57,762 nucleotides of DNA from Nitrospirota bacterium (GTDB lineage Bacteria; Nitrospirota; UBA9217). Shown here piece by piece: positions 18,480 to 28,892 of this stretch. Each line of letters begins with the position of its first letter. Positions within the stretch are counted from its first letter, which is position 1. Both the position numbers and the translations under genes were made by a program. The stretch lies in assembly GCA_963754875.1 (NCBI GenBank), contig CAVWHO010000009.1:1-57762 (forward strand), given 5' to 3'. The notes beneath the pieces were generated by a model. That model was not told the DNA's origin, ran no database searches, and worked only from the letters and a program-made list of their open reading frames with translations.

Positions 18480-21266
18480 ATGGACTACAAGACAACGCTC
18501 AACCTTCCGAAAACCGATTTTCCGATGAAGGCCAATCTGCGCGACCTCGAACCGAAGGTGATTGAGAACTGGCAGAAGGAAAAGATCTACGACCTGCTTC
18601 AGAAAAAGCCGGGAAGCAAGGGGACCTACATTCTGCACGACGGGCCTCCCTATGCGAACGGCCATATTCACATCGGCCATGCCTTGAACAAGATCCTGAA
18701 GGACATCATTGTCAAATTCAAGACCATGAAAGGGTTCAAAAGCCCGTATGTGCCGGGCTGGGACTGCCATGGACTTCCGATCGAGCACCAGGTGCTCAAG
18801 AACCTCGGCCCCAAGAAAGAGGGGATGAGTCAGAACGAGATCCGGAAACTCTGCCGCGAGTATGCCGAGAAGTTCATCGACATCCAGCGCGCGGAGTTCA
18901 AGCGGCTCGGCGTGTTCGGAGACTGGGACAATCCCTACCTCACGATGAATTTCGGCTACGAGGCCGCCATCGTGCGCGAACTCGGAAAGGTCGTCGGGAA
19001 CGGCAGCGTCTATAAAGGAAAGAAGCCTGTGTACTGGTGCGGGTTCGACGAAACAGCGCTCGCCGAAGCAGAGGTGGAGTATGCCGATCACGAATCACCC
19101 TCGGTGTACGTACGGTTCGAGTTGCCCGAGGCCGGGAAGGCGCTTCCGTCGCTCTCCGGGAAAAAATCTGCGATCGCGATCTGGACCACGACGCCGTGGA
19201 CGCTCGTAGCGAACCTGGCGGTCGCGCTTCATCCCGACTTCGACTACGTTGCCGTCGAGGCAAAGGGGCAGGTGCTCATCCTGGCCGAGGGGCTCCTGAA
19301 CCAGGCACTGGAGAAGTTCGGCATCAAGGAACACAAAGTCATCGAAAAATTCAAAGGGAAAAAACTCGAAGGACTCAAGGCTCGCCATCCCTTCCTCGAT
19401 CGTGACTCCCTTGTCATTTTAGGAGAACATGTGACCCTCGAAGCGGGCACGGGCGCGGTGCATACTGCTCCGGGACACGGCCAGGAGGATTATGAGGTAG
19501 GTCTCAAGTACGGCCTCGACATCTATGCTCCTGTCGATCACAAGGGAAGGTTCACGAAAGAGGCCGGAGAGTTCGCAGGGGAGCAGGTATTCAAGGCAAA
19601 CAAGGGCATTATCGAAGTGCTCAAGAGCAGGGGGGCGCTTCTGGCGGAAGAAAAAATAAGCCATTCCTACCCCCACTGCTGGCGCTGCAAACACCCCGTG
19701 ATCTTCCGGGCCACGGAACAGTGGTTCATCTCGATGAAGACGAACGATCTTCTGAAGAAGACCGTCGAGAACATCCACAAGGTTACCTGGGTGCCGACAT
19801 GGGGCAAGGACCGCATCCTCGGCATGATGGAAAACCGGCCGGACTGGTGCATTTCGCGCCAGCGGGCGTGGGGTGTGCCGATCATCGCGTTCACGTGCAA
19901 AGAGTGCAACGAGCTTCTTTTGGACAAAAAGATCATTGATCACGTGGCGGATATCGTCGAGAAGGAAGGGGCCGACGTCTGGTTTACAAAACCTGCGTCG
20001 GAACTGGTACCGCCCGATTGGGCCTGCGCACGGTGCGGCAGCAAAAAGAATTTTGAAAAAGAGATGGACATTTTAGACGTGTGGTTCGATTCCGGAGTGA
20101 GCCACGCGGCCGTGCTTAGACAACGGAAGGATCTCGCCTGGCCTGCGGATATGTATCTGGAAGGCAGTGATCAGCACCGTGGCTGGTTCCATTCGTCGCT
20201 CCTGACCTCGGTCGCCACGACGGGTCAGGCGCCCTATCGGACGGTCCTCACCCACGGCTTCACCATGGACGGCGCGGGCAAAAAAATGAGCAAATCAGCG
20301 GGAAACATCATCGCCCCGCAGGAGGTCATCGACAAATTCGGGGCTGAGGTCCTGCGGCTCTGGGTCTCGTCAGTTAACTACCAGGACGATCAGCGGATAT
20401 CGAAGGACATCCTGGTGCAGCTTGCCGAGGCGTACCGCCGCATCAGGAACACGTGTAGGTACCTGCTCGGGAACCTGTCGGATTTTGACGAGGCCATTGA
20501 CAAAGTCGCTTACGAGAGCATGCTCGAAATCGACCAATGGGCGCTCTTGAAACTGCAGAAGCTCATCCAGCGTGTGGAAAAAGCCTACGATGATTTTGAA
20601 TTTCACATTGTCTTCCATTCACTGCATAATTTTTGCGCGGTGGACATGAGCTCTTTTTACCTCGATATTCTGAAGGACCGGCTGTATACGGCGAAGGCAA
20701 AATCCGTCGAGCGGCGCTCCGGCCAAACCGCTCTGCACGCGATCCTTTCGGCAATGGTCAGATTGATGGCACCCGTGCTTTCCTTCACGGCGGATGAAGT
20801 ATGGAATTATATGCAGGAGAGTTCGAAGAACAAAAGCGTTTTCCTGGCCTCCTTCCCACAAGCAGACGGAAGACAGATGAATGACGAGCTTGAGGCGCGG
20901 TGGGACAAGATCATCGCCATCCGCGGCGAAGCCGCGAAGGTGCTCGAAGCGCTGCGCAGAGACAAAAAGATCGGCCATTCCCTGGACTCGGGCGTTACGC
21001 TCTATGCAGAGCCGCAGCTCTTCGATTTCCTGCAGGGCTACCGGAACGACCTGGCCTTCATCTTTATCGTTTCGTCGGTGCAGATCATGCCTGATTCTGA
21101 TGCGCCGGCTGACGCGTACACCAGCGAGGTCATCAAGGGACTTCGCATTGCCGCTGGTCCGGCCCAGGGCGTGAAGTGCGGCCGCTGCTGGATGTACAGC
21201 GAGAGCGTCGGAACCGTGAAGGAACATCCCGAAATCTGCGATAGATGTGCGGGAAATCTGACGTAG
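18480..21266 (+). CDS. ileS: Isoleucine--tRNA ligase (type 1)
   Basis: HDGPPYANGHIHIGH, WTTTPWT, KMSKS, C-terminal CGRC...CDRC zinc finger. Confidence 0.98.
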   Translation: MDYKTTLNLPKTDFPMKANLRDLEPKVIENWQKEKIYDLLQKKPGSKGTYILHDGPPYANGHIHIGHALNKILKDIIVKFKTMKGFKSPYVPGWDCHGLPIEHQVLKNLGPKKEGMSQNEIRKLCREYAEKFIDIQRAEFKRLGVFGDWDNPYLTMNFGYEAAIVRELGKVVGNGSVYKGKKPVYWCGFDETALAEAEVEYADHESPSVYVRFELPEAGKALPSLSGKKSAIAIWTTTPWTLVANLAVALHPDFDYVAVEAKGQVLILAEGLLNQALEKFGIKEHKVIEKFKGKKLEGLKARHPFLDRDSLVILGEHVTLEAGTGAVHTAPGHGQEDYEVGLKYGLDIYAPVDHKGRFTKEAGEFAGEQVFKANKGIIEVLKSRGALLAEEKISHSYPHCWRCKHPVIFRATEQWFISMKTNDLLKKTVENIHKVTWVPTWGKDRILGMMENRPDWCISRQRAWGVPIIAFTCKECNELLLDKKIIDHVADIVEKEGADVWFTKPASELVPPDWACARCGSKKNFEKEMDILDVWFDSGVSHAAVLRQRKDLAWPADMYLEGSDQHRGWFHSSLLTSVATTGQAPYRTVLTHGFTMDGAGKKMSKSAGNIIAPQEVIDKFGAEVLRLWVSSVNYQDDQRISKDILVQLAEAYRRIRNTCRYLLGNLSDFDEAIDKVAYESMLEIDQWALLKLQKLIQRVEKAYDDFEFHIVFHSLHNFCAVDMSSFYLDILKDRLYTAKAKSVERRSGQTALHAILSAMVRLMAPVLSFTADEVWNYMQESSKNKSVFLASFPQADGRQMNDELEARWDKIIAIRGEAAKVLEALRRDKKIGHSLDSGVTLYAEPQLFDFLQGYRNDLAFIFIVSSVQIMPDSDAPADAYTSEVIKGLRIAAGPAQGVKCGRCWMYSESVGTVKEHPEICDRCAGNLT

Positions 21267-21490
21267 ACAGGATAATCAACCACAGATCAACATCCCTGCT
21301 GTTGCCAAAAACGCGGGGACAGGCGGGTGCGGCTTTGCGGCACGCACAGATAATGATACAGGGTTTGAGAACCAGGATTCGGGTTCATCTGTGAGGCAAA
21401 GCCCTGTGTGAGGGCCCGTCCCGGTTCAAAATCGGCATTGACGCGGGCCGGGGAAACCCCTGTGGTTTCTCTAAAGATTACAGGAGAATC

Positions 21491-21994
21491 ATGAAAAATA
21501 AATACCTCATGGTCATCTCGACCATCGGTGCGGTTCTGGTCCTTGACCAATTCACGAAATACCTTATCGAGACCCACGTCCGTCTCTACTCAGTCATCAC
21601 CGTGATCCCCGGTTTTTTCAACATTACCCATGTACGGAACCGTGGCGCGGCCTTCGGCATCCTCTCCAGCACGCCCGGGATCTGGAGGAGTCTTTTTTTC
21701 ATCACCGTAACGATTGTTGCCATTGCAGTAATCGCCTGGCTCATCTGGAAGACCCATGAACGCCTGCTCCTCGTGGCCTTTGCGCTCATCGGAGGGGGTG
21801 CAGTCGGCAATCTGATCGACCGTCTGCGCTACGGAGAGGTTGTCGATTTTATCCAATGGTACGTGAAATCCTACTACTGGCCATCGTTCAACATTGCCGA
21901 CACGGCCATTTCCATCGGCGTGGGGCTCTTGGTGCTCGATATGCTCTTCAAGAAACCGCAGGACGTGCAAAATAACGAATCAACGAACCGGTGA
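21491..21994 (+). CDS. lspA: Lipoprotein signal peptidase II
   Basis: DQFTK, NRGAAFG, GGAVGNLIDR, VVDFI, FNIAD. Confidence 0.97.
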   Translation: MKNKYLMVISTIGAVLVLDQFTKYLIETHVRLYSVITVIPGFFNITHVRNRGAAFGILSSTPGIWRSLFFITVTIVAIAVIAWLIWKTHERLLLVAFALIGGGAVGNLIDRLRYGEVVDFIQWYVKSYYWPSFNIADTAISIGVGLLVLDMLFKKPQDVQNNESTNR

Positions 21995-22051
21995 GAGCCG
22001 GAGAAGGATCATTCTCCGGCGCTCCTCGTTCCTTGCTTCAGAAAGAATGTC

Positions 22052-22861
22052 ATGCATCCTATCCTCTTTGAAATACCACGCGTTGAATTCCTGAACTGGA
22101 CCATCGGCCCTATCCCCATCAGATTGTACGGCTTGATGATCGGCCTCGGCTTCATTATCGGCATTTTTCTTGCGGCCCGCCAGGCGAAAAAGGAAGGTAT
22201 CAACCCGGACCGGGTCCTTGACCTCGGCGTATATATGCTTCTCACGGCGATCGTGGGTTCGCGTCTTCTCTTCGTGCTGACCGATCTCAGCGAGTTTACA
22301 GCCAAACCGCTTGATGCCTTTGCCCTTTGGAAAGGCGGGCTCGTGTTTTACGGCGGCCTGCTTGCCGCCGTTCCGGTCGGCATCTGGTATTTAAAAAAGC
22401 ACAGGCTCCCGGTCTGGAAGACCACCGATATCATGGCCCCCTCCATCGCGCTCGGCCAGGCCTTCGGCAGGCTGGGCTGTTTCTCCGCAGGATGCTGTTA
22501 CGGCGCGCCCTCCAGCGGCCCGTTTTCCGTCATTTTTACCGATCCCCATTCCCTGGCACCGCTCGGGGTACCGCTTTTCCCCACGCAGCTCATGGAGGCA
22601 ACGGGCAACCTGGTCATTTTCGGCGCACTCCTCTTGCTCCGGCGCTCCAAAAAGTTCGACGGCCAGCTTTTCTGGCTTTATGCCCTGTTCTATGCGGTCC
22701 TGCGATACATCATCGAGATCTTTCGCGGCGATGCGATCCGGGGGCTGTACTTCGGCAACGCGATCTCGACGTCGCAGATCATCGCGATCGGTATGTTCCT
22801 TCTCGCAGGCGTCATGATCTGGCAGCTGAGTAAAAAGCCTGTTCAGCCGCGCATACAGTAA
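22052..22861 (+). CDS. lgt: Prolipoprotein diacylglyceryl transferase
   Basis: YGLMI, GGLVFYGG, GRLGCF.AGCCYG, PTQL.E, IEIFRGD. Confidence 0.95.
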   Translation: MHPILFEIPRVEFLNWTIGPIPIRLYGLMIGLGFIIGIFLAARQAKKEGINPDRVLDLGVYMLLTAIVGSRLLFVLTDLSEFTAKPLDAFALWKGGLVFYGGLLAAVPVGIWYLKKHRLPVWKTTDIMAPSIALGQAFGRLGCFSAGCCYGAPSSGPFSVIFTDPHSLAPLGVPLFPTQLMEATGNLVIFGALLLLRRSKKFDGQLFWLYALFYAVLRYIIEIFRGDAIRGLYFGNAISTSQIIAIGMFLLAGVMIWQLSKKPVQPRIQ

Positions 22862-22897
22862 ATACTGAACGCTGTATGCTCTACAATATCCTCTGCC

Positions 22898-23875
22898 ATG
22901 CCAACAATCACCCATATTGTCACGGAAAAACACGTCGGCAAACGATTGGACGTGTTCATCAGCCATTACGAGCCCCAGATTTCCCGGAATCGCATCCAGA
23001 CACTCATTAAAGACGGCCGGGCCCTGGTGAGCGGCAATCTCGAAAAACCGGGCTACAAAGTGAAGATCGAGGAGCGCGTCACTCTTGACGTGCCCGAACG
23101 GCAGGTCCGCGAAGTTCTGCCCGAGCCCATACCGCTTCACGTTATTTACGAGGACCCCCATATCATTGTTCTGAACAAACCCCCCGGATTGGTAGTGCAT
23201 CCTGCACCGGGCAACTACACCGGAACGCTTGTGAACGCCCTCCTGTACCATTATGGCAGACTGCCCTCTCTGGGTTCTCGGACGAAAACAGATGAACGTG
23301 AACGAGCGGGCATCGTGCATCGCCTGGATAAAGACACGTCCGGCGTCATCGTCATAGCGCGGACGCAGGAAGCGCTTCGTTCATTATCCGCGCAGTTCAG
23401 GAACCGAGTCGTCAAAAAGCGTTACGTTGCGATCGTTGCCGGTGTGATCAAAAAAGGATCAGGCACGATCGACGTCGGTCTCGGCAGGCACGTGAAGGAG
23501 CGGAAAAAGATCAGCGTGCATACGCATCACGCGCGGGAGGCCGTCACGGCCTTCGTTGTCAAGGAACGCTTCAAGAACGCCACGCTCGTTGAGGTCGAGA
23601 TCAAGACCGGCCGCACGCACCAGATCCGCGTGCACATGGCCCACATCGGCCACCCCGTTCTCGGCGACCGGGTCTACGGCGGCAGCAAGGCAGTGAAGTT
23701 AGGCGAAGGACAATTTCCCCGTCAGATGCTTCATGCTCAAACGTTGTCGCTCCTCCACCCTGATACAGGCACTCCCCTTTCATTCACGGCCCCGCCGCCT
23801 CCGGACATGGCCGCTGTCATTGAGAAACTGCGTGCAGAGAAGTTGTCTCCCCGATCCACGCAAGATGTCGACTGA
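22898..23875 (+). CDS. rluD: RluA/RluD family pseudouridine synthase
   Basis: S4 domain, NKPPGLVVHP, GIVHRLDKDTSG, TGRTHQIRVH, QMLHA. Confidence 0.92.
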   Translation: MPTITHIVTEKHVGKRLDVFISHYEPQISRNRIQTLIKDGRALVSGNLEKPGYKVKIEERVTLDVPERQVREVLPEPIPLHVIYEDPHIIVLNKPPGLVVHPAPGNYTGTLVNALLYHYGRLPSLGSRTKTDERERAGIVHRLDKDTSGVIVIARTQEALRSLSAQFRNRVVKKRYVAIVAGVIKKGSGTIDVGLGRHVKERKKISVHTHHAREAVTAFVVKERFKNATLVEVEIKTGRTHQIRVHMAHIGHPVLGDRVYGGSKAVKLGEGQFPRQMLHAQTLSLLHPDTGTPLSFTAPPPPDMAAVIEKLRAEKLSPRSTQDVD

Positions 23876-24316
23876 ACCCCCTCCTCACGTTGTCCGTTGA
23901 TCCTGACGATACAACTGTTTCTGTGCCCTTATCCGAAAGAACTTCGCGAGAAAGGCAGCATACCGTCATCATCGCCGGTGCCGTCTTCAAGTAACTCCGT
24001 TCAGCTAAATAAAACCTTTGCTATCATCTGGGGAAATGCATGGCCTGCGAGAACGGCCATGTCGCTTGTGCGGGCTCAAAGAAAGGTTGCCGGTTGAAGC
24101 GCGGGAGGTGGCATGATACGGCCGCATACCCGAAAAATACCCCGGTCAGGGTATGGCGCACGTATCCGGGTTGGAGTAAACTTCAGTTGCGATGGCAGCT
24201 ACAGGAAAATTCGTGAAAAACGTATTTCCCGGAAGGTGAAGAGTTCCCTTTACTTATGAGAGGGAAGCTCTACCCGAGCGCGGTCTTGTTCTATTGTGAA
24301 GGAAGGTGAAACCTAT

Positions 24317-24523
24317 ATGGACATTGGGAATTTAGAATCGGTCGTTCTCTGGAAACTCTGTCCCACCTGTACACTCGGCATGGTACGCGAGACCAGGGAC
24401 AAGGTGTTTACGTGCACCCATTCACACTGCGGCGCTGTCTTCGACTTTTCTTCTCTTTCCGATACGATGATTGCGATGCTCCTCCAGAAAAAACAAAAGA
24501 AAACAACGGAAAAACAGGAATAA
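24317..24523 (+). CDS. Small putative zinc-ribbon protein
   Basis: 68 aa with CPTC...CTHSHC, upstream GGAAGGTG RBS, followed by a hairpin terminator. Confidence 0.6.
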   Translation: MDIGNLESVVLWKLCPTCTLGMVRETRDKVFTCTHSHCGAVFDFSSLSDTMIAMLLQKKQKKTTEKQE

Positions 24524-24566
24524 CAGCAATTCAGTATCCCCGGATTTATTGTTTATCCTCATCCCT

Positions 24567-24598
24567 TCCCCCTTCCTCGCCGGAAGGGGATTTTTTTT
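24567..24598 (+). terminator. Rho-independent terminator
   Basis: CCCCTTCC-loop-GGAAGGGG followed by a T run, between convergent genes. Confidence 0.65.
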
Positions 24599-25647
24599 CA
24601 CCGCAAGGGACGCACGCTGAGTTGGCCACAGGCCGCGTTGATATCCCGGCCGCGGCTGTTTCTGACGACCGTCACATACCCATTCATTACCAGCATGTCC
24701 CGCATGACGAAAGCACGATGTTCATCAGGACGCTCATAGGAACAACCAGGAAAAGGGTTAAAGAGCAGAATATTGATCATGCACGGCAGGTCTTTCAGCA
24801 TGGACATCAACCGTTTTGTGTCCGCAGGGGAGTCATTTATGTCTTTGAACAGTACGTACTCAATGGTCACGGTCCTGCCCGTTTTATCACAGTAATACCG
24901 CACTGCCTGCATGAGCCGTTCGATCGGGTATGTCTTATTCACCGGCATGATCCGGTCCCGCACTTCATCCGTCGTCGCGTTCAGGGATACGGCAAGGCTC
25001 ACGTCCACGCCGTCATTTGCAAGTTCTTCGATCATGGGCGCCAGTCCGCAGGTCGAGATCGTGACCTTCCTGGGTGAGAACCCCATTCCGCTTCGGTCCG
25101 TAGCGATCTCGACAAAGGATATTACGGGCCCGTAATTGCTGAGAGGTTCTCCGGTCCCCATAAGGACGATATTCGAGAGCGTCTGCGTGCCTGCGATGCG
25201 ACGGGCTGCAAAGACCTGGTTTACGATCTCCGCGACGGTCAGATTGCGAACCAGGCCTCCCGATCCGGTGAGGCAGAACCCGCAGCCCGATGCACAGCCT
25301 ACCTGTGTAGAGACGCAGAGCGTGAGCCGGCCGGGGCCTGGGATGATCACTCCCTCGACGGTGTTTTCGTCCTCCAAACGATAGAGCAATTTCACGGTCC
25401 CGTCCTCAGAGGTAGTGCGTTTTTTAACATCGAGCCGTGATATCCTGGCGTGACTTTTGAGCTGTTCGCGGAACGGCCGGTTCAGGTCGGTCATTGCGTC
25501 GAACTCTTCAGTCATCCGTCGGTAAAGCCAGACCGCGACGCGGGTCCCCTGGCCCGCTTTCTGGCCGAGAGTCGTTGCGCAGAATCGATCGATCTCGCGC
25601 GGAGCGAGAGACTTAAGGTCAATGATTGTCTGAGAGGTATGATCCAT
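24598..25647 (-). CDS. rlmN: RlmN-family radical SAM RNA methyltransferase
   Basis: CVSTQVGCASGCGFC, MGTGEP, AVSLNA, NAACGQL. Confidence 0.9.
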   Translation of the reverse strand: MDHTSQTIIDLKSLAPREIDRFCATTLGQKAGQGTRVAVWLYRRMTEEFDAMTDLNRPFREQLKSHARISRLDVKKRTTSEDGTVKLLYRLEDENTVEGVIIPGPGRLTLCVSTQVGCASGCGFCLTGSGGLVRNLTVAEIVNQVFAARRIAGTQTLSNIVLMGTGEPLSNYGPVISFVEIATDRSGMGFSPRKVTISTCGLAPMIEELANDGVDVSLAVSLNATTDEVRDRIMPVNKTYPIERLMQAVRYYCDKTGRTVTIEYVLFKDINDSPADTKRLMSMLKDLPCMINILLFNPFPGCSYERPDEHRAFVMRDMLVMNGYVTVVRNSRGRDINAACGQLSVRPLR

Positions 25648-25802
25648 AGTGAATGCAGCCACCTGTTGTTCGTTCTAGCTGCTTTTTTTTAAATGCCGTC
25701 CGATTTCAGAATTTTTAATAGTAATCCCTGCGCGTGAACATTGCAAGCGGTTTGTCGGGAAAGGCATTGACAGCCCTGTTGTGAACATGCTAAGTAGTAT
25801 TC

Positions 25803-26246
25803 ATGATAGCTTTGCTCCAGCGGGTGTCATCGGCTGCTGTTTCAATTGACGGCCGTATCGTCGGCGAAATTCAAAAAGGGCTGCTGGTATTTCTCTGCGC
25901 AGTCAAAGGAGATACGGGGAAGGACCTCGACTATCTCGTCAAAAAAGTAATGCAGCTCAGGATATTCGAAGACGCTCAGGGAAAGATGAACCTTTCGGTC
26001 AGTGATGTCCGCGGGGCCGTTCTTGTGGTCTCACAGTTTACGCTGGCGGCATCCATACAGAAGGGCAACCGACCGTCATTTGATAACGCAGAAACGCCGG
26101 AACTGGCAAAGGCATGGTACGATCTTTTCGCCGAGCGCCTTGAAAACGCAGGTCTGACCGTAAAGACCGGTGTGTTCGGAGCCATGATGGATGTTTCGCT
26201 CGTGAATGACGGTCCGGTAACGATATGGGTAGACTCTCGATCATAA
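25803..26246 (+). CDS. dtd: D-aminoacyl-tRNA deacylase
   Basis: LLQRV, LRIFED..GKMN, SQFTL, NDGPVT. Confidence 0.97.
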   Translation: MIALLQRVSSAAVSIDGRIVGEIQKGLLVFLCAVKGDTGKDLDYLVKKVMQLRIFEDAQGKMNLSVSDVRGAVLVVSQFTLAASIQKGNRPSFDNAETPELAKAWYDLFAERLENAGLTVKTGVFGAMMDVSLVNDGPVTIWVDSRS

Positions 26247-26266
26247 AATACAGTTGGGGAACCAGG

Positions 26267-27199
26267 ATGAACGGGGTACATTCAAAAAGTCCGGGGCATG
26301 GGTTTTTAAAGGCGGCTGGCCGTTTAGTGCCCGCCTTATCGGCATTCATTCGCAGTTCCCGCGCGTTCGAAGGAGTCGTTCTTTCATTAGCTCTTTTCCT
26401 AGCGTTTTCCCTCGCCGGCTGCACCTGTCTCTTTTTTGAGCCGGGAAAACAGTTTGTTTACAACCCCGAGGTACAGAGGCATTCTCCGCAGGATGTCTAC
26501 TTCCAATCGTCCGACGGCGTGACCCTGAACGGATGGTATTTTAGGGCGCGGGAAGAAAAGGGCACGATCCTTGTCTGCCATGGGAATGTGGAGAACATCA
26601 GCACCCATACGGCGCTCGATCTGTGGCTGATCGATGCGGGGTATAATCTTTTTATCTTTGATTATCGCGGTTATGGCAGGTCCGAAGGCACGCCGGACGT
26701 GAAGGGGATCCACCTCGATGCCGAGGCAGCCCTGGAAACGCTTTTGTTCAAGCTGCCGCGGAAGAACCAGGACCGCATCATTGTTTTCGGCAAGAGTCTT
26801 GGCGGAGCAGTAGCCGTGTATACTGTGGCGAACTCGCCATTCAGGGACAGGATCAAGGCGCTCATTCTCGACAGCCCCTTCTCAAGTTACCGCCGTATTG
26901 CCCGTGAAAAGATTGCCGTTTCCATCATCGGGTGGCCGTTCCAGTATCCGCTGTCGTATCTGGTGAACGATGATTACAGCCCGGTAAAGTACATCGCCAA
27001 AGTATCTCCCCTGCCGATCGTCATCATCCACGGAAACAATGATCCGATCGTTCCCGAACATCACGGCAGAATTCTCTATGATGCCGCTCTCCCGCCCAAG
27101 GAGTTCTGGGAAGTGGCTTATCACGGTCATGTGCTGGCCCAGGCCGACGGCGAAACAAGAAAAAAATTGTTGGACTACTTGTCAGCTCTGCCTCAGTAG
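26267..27199 (+). CDS. Alpha/beta hydrolase lipoprotein
   Basis: Lipobox LAGC, HGN, FDYRGYG.SEG, GKSLGG nucleophile, HG..D..VP, C-terminal His. Start uncertain. Confidence 0.85.
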   Translation: MNGVHSKSPGHGFLKAAGRLVPALSAFIRSSRAFEGVVLSLALFLAFSLAGCTCLFFEPGKQFVYNPEVQRHSPQDVYFQSSDGVTLNGWYFRAREEKGTILVCHGNVENISTHTALDLWLIDAGYNLFIFDYRGYGRSEGTPDVKGIHLDAEAALETLLFKLPRKNQDRIIVFGKSLGGAVAVYTVANSPFRDRIKALILDSPFSSYRRIAREKIAVSIIGWPFQYPLSYLVNDDYSPVKYIAKVSPLPIVIIHGNNDPIVPEHHGRILYDAALPPKEFWEVAYHGHVLAQADGETRKKLLDYLSALPQ

Positions 27200-27280
27200 C
27201 TGAGCATGACGATGTCGCGAGAACCGCGCACTTTTCAGCGTGAATGTTCTGCAGGTCGCGGAAGCCAAGGAAAAACTTCC

Positions 27281-27309
27281 TTGACAATCATGGCCTTTCT
27301 CTTTATATT
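27281..27309 (+). promoter_or_regulatory. Sigma70 promoter of tRNA-Leu
   Basis: TTGACA-N17-TATATT ending 10 nt before the tRNA. Confidence 0.75.
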
Positions 27310-27319
27310 ACACACTCGT

Positions 27320-27406
27320 GCCGAAGTGGTGGAACTGGTAGACGCGCTGCGTTCAGGGCGCAGTGGGAGCAATCCCGTGGGGGTTCGAGTCCCCCCTTCG
27401 GCACCA
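27320..27406 (+). tRNA. tRNA-Leu (anticodon CAG)
   Basis: Acceptor GCCGAAG/CTTCGGC plus ACCA; anticodon arm CTGCG-TTCAGGG-CGCAG; long variable arm; GGGGG-TTCGAGT-CCCCC T arm. Confidence 0.97.
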
Positions 27407-27519
27407 GTTCAAATGCGGCTATCAGCAATTCCCTGCTGCGGATCAGAGGGGAATTATCGCAGGTTGAATCGAAGCAGTCTAAAAAGTCTGAAGCGTCGTA
27501 ACCTACGGAACAACCTCGC

Positions 27520-28251
27520 ATGAAAAAAAATATCCTCATATTCCTCCTCGTGCTTCTTGCTGCCGGATGCGCTGCGAAAGAACCGCCTTTTGACGCCGTA
27601 CGCGTGTTCAGCGATGCTGAACAGAATATGCGCGATGAGAATTATGAAAAGGCGCGTAAAGACTACCAGAAAATCCAGGAGAAGTCTCCGGACAAGAGCT
27701 ATGATGCCGTCCTCATGCTCCGCATCGCAGATACGTACTACGGCGAAGAAAAGTACAGCGAGGCGCTCGTGGAGTACCAGAACTTTTTAAACTACCACCC
27801 GGTGCATAAGGACGCAGCCTACGTTCAGTATCAGATAGCGATGTGCAGCTACAATGAATTGACGACCATTGACCGCGACCCCACGCCTGCCTACATGGTG
27901 ATCAAAGAGATGAAGAAGCTGCTTGAAAAGTATCCGAAGAGCGGCTACGAGGAACAGGCAAAAAAATATATCGCTATCTGCCGGGACTGGATTGCTGATT
28001 ACGAACTCTATGTGGCGCACTTCTACTGGAAAACAGAGTTGTATAAGGCGGCGGTCGGCAGATGTGAGAAACTGTTGAAGGATTATCCGGGAACTCCCGC
28101 CGAGAAGGACGCTCTATACTACGCGGGACTGTCGTACATGGAACTCGGAGAACGTGACCAAGCCCGAAGCAAGTTCGAGGCCCTTGCGCAGAAATATCCA
28201 GCCATGAAAGGAACGGTCCTGGCCCTTCTCCGCAAGCTTCCGATGCCATGA
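27520..28251 (+). CDS. bamD: Outer membrane protein assembly factor BamD
   Basis: Lipobox AAGC, TPR repeats, FLNYHP.H..A.Y, DRD motif, EL.VA.FY. Confidence 0.88.
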   Translation: MKKNILIFLLVLLAAGCAAKEPPFDAVRVFSDAEQNMRDENYEKARKDYQKIQEKSPDKSYDAVLMLRIADTYYGEEKYSEALVEYQNFLNYHPVHKDAAYVQYQIAMCSYNELTTIDRDPTPAYMVIKEMKKLLEKYPKSGYEEQAKKYIAICRDWIADYELYVAHFYWKTELYKAAVGRCEKLLKDYPGTPAEKDALYYAGLSYMELGERDQARSKFEALAQKYPAMKGTVLALLRKLPMP

Positions 28252-28892
28252 AGTACTACCCGGTCTACCTGGATATGAGGGGCCGGCCCTGCCTGGTCAT
28301 CGGCGGGGGAACTGTAGCGGAACGCAAAACACTTACCCTTCTTGAAGCGGGGGCCGACGTAACAGTCGTGAGCCCTGCACTCACCGCGAAACTGCAGGAA
28401 CTCTCCCGGTCCGGCAGGATAACCCATCGTCAAAAAAACTTCGAAGAAAAAGACCTTTCCGGAAAATTCCTCGTGATCGCTGCTACCGATTTGCCGGACA
28501 TGAACAGCAGTGCCGCGCAGTCCTGCAAAAAAAATAATATTCTTGTGAACGTCGCCGTACCGCCGGACGAAAGCAGCTTCATCGTTCCCTCGGTAGTCGA
28601 ACGCGGTGATCTTTTGATTGCCGTGTCAACGAGCGGAATCAGCCCTGCGCTTGCGAAGAAAATCCGGCAGGAGCTTGAATCGCGGTATGGGGCGGAGTAT
28701 GCCCTTTTTCTCGAAAGGCTCGCGGGGATCCGGCAGCAGGTCCTCGAAGAAGTGGCAGACGAGCAGAAGCGAAGAATGATTTTTCAAAAAATCGTGGATT
28801 CAGACGTTATCAATTTATTGCAGCAGGGAAGGGTACACGATGCTGACCTGCGGATAGCGGAGATTTCAGCATTAAAGACTTTGGACGGGTGA
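28248..28892 (+). CDS. sirC: Precorrin-2 dehydrogenase / sirohydrochlorin ferrochelatase (SirC/Met8-like)
   Basis: YYPVYL, VIGGGTVAERK, IAATD, AVSTSGISPALAK; 4-nt overlap with bamD. Confidence 0.9.
   Translation: MKYYPVYLDMRGRPCLVIGGGTVAERKTLTLLEAGADVTVVSPALTAKLQELSRSGRITHRQKNFEEKDLSGKFLVIAATDLPDMNSSAAQSCKKNNILVNVAVPPDESSFIVPSVVERGDLLIAVSTSGISPALAKKIRQELESRYGAEYALFLERLAGIRQQVLEEVADEQKRRMIFQKIVDSDVINLLQQGRVHDADLRIAEISALKTLDG

Noticed and set aside
15879..19091. Long antisense ORFs (534 aa, 425 aa) and similar ones opposite dxs, the DAHP synthase, glgC and the NuoF-like gene
   Set aside because: Shadow ORFs on the reverse strand of well-supported GC-rich genes; no motifs of their own.
21267..21490. 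Structured RNA (T-box or riboswitch) between ileS and lspA
   Set aside because: Only short GC hairpins; no recognisable conserved motif, and it lies downstream of ileS.
27320..27520. tRNA-Leu as integration site of an island or prophage
   Set aside because: No integrase or duplicated tRNA 3' end seen; housekeeping bamD follows directly.
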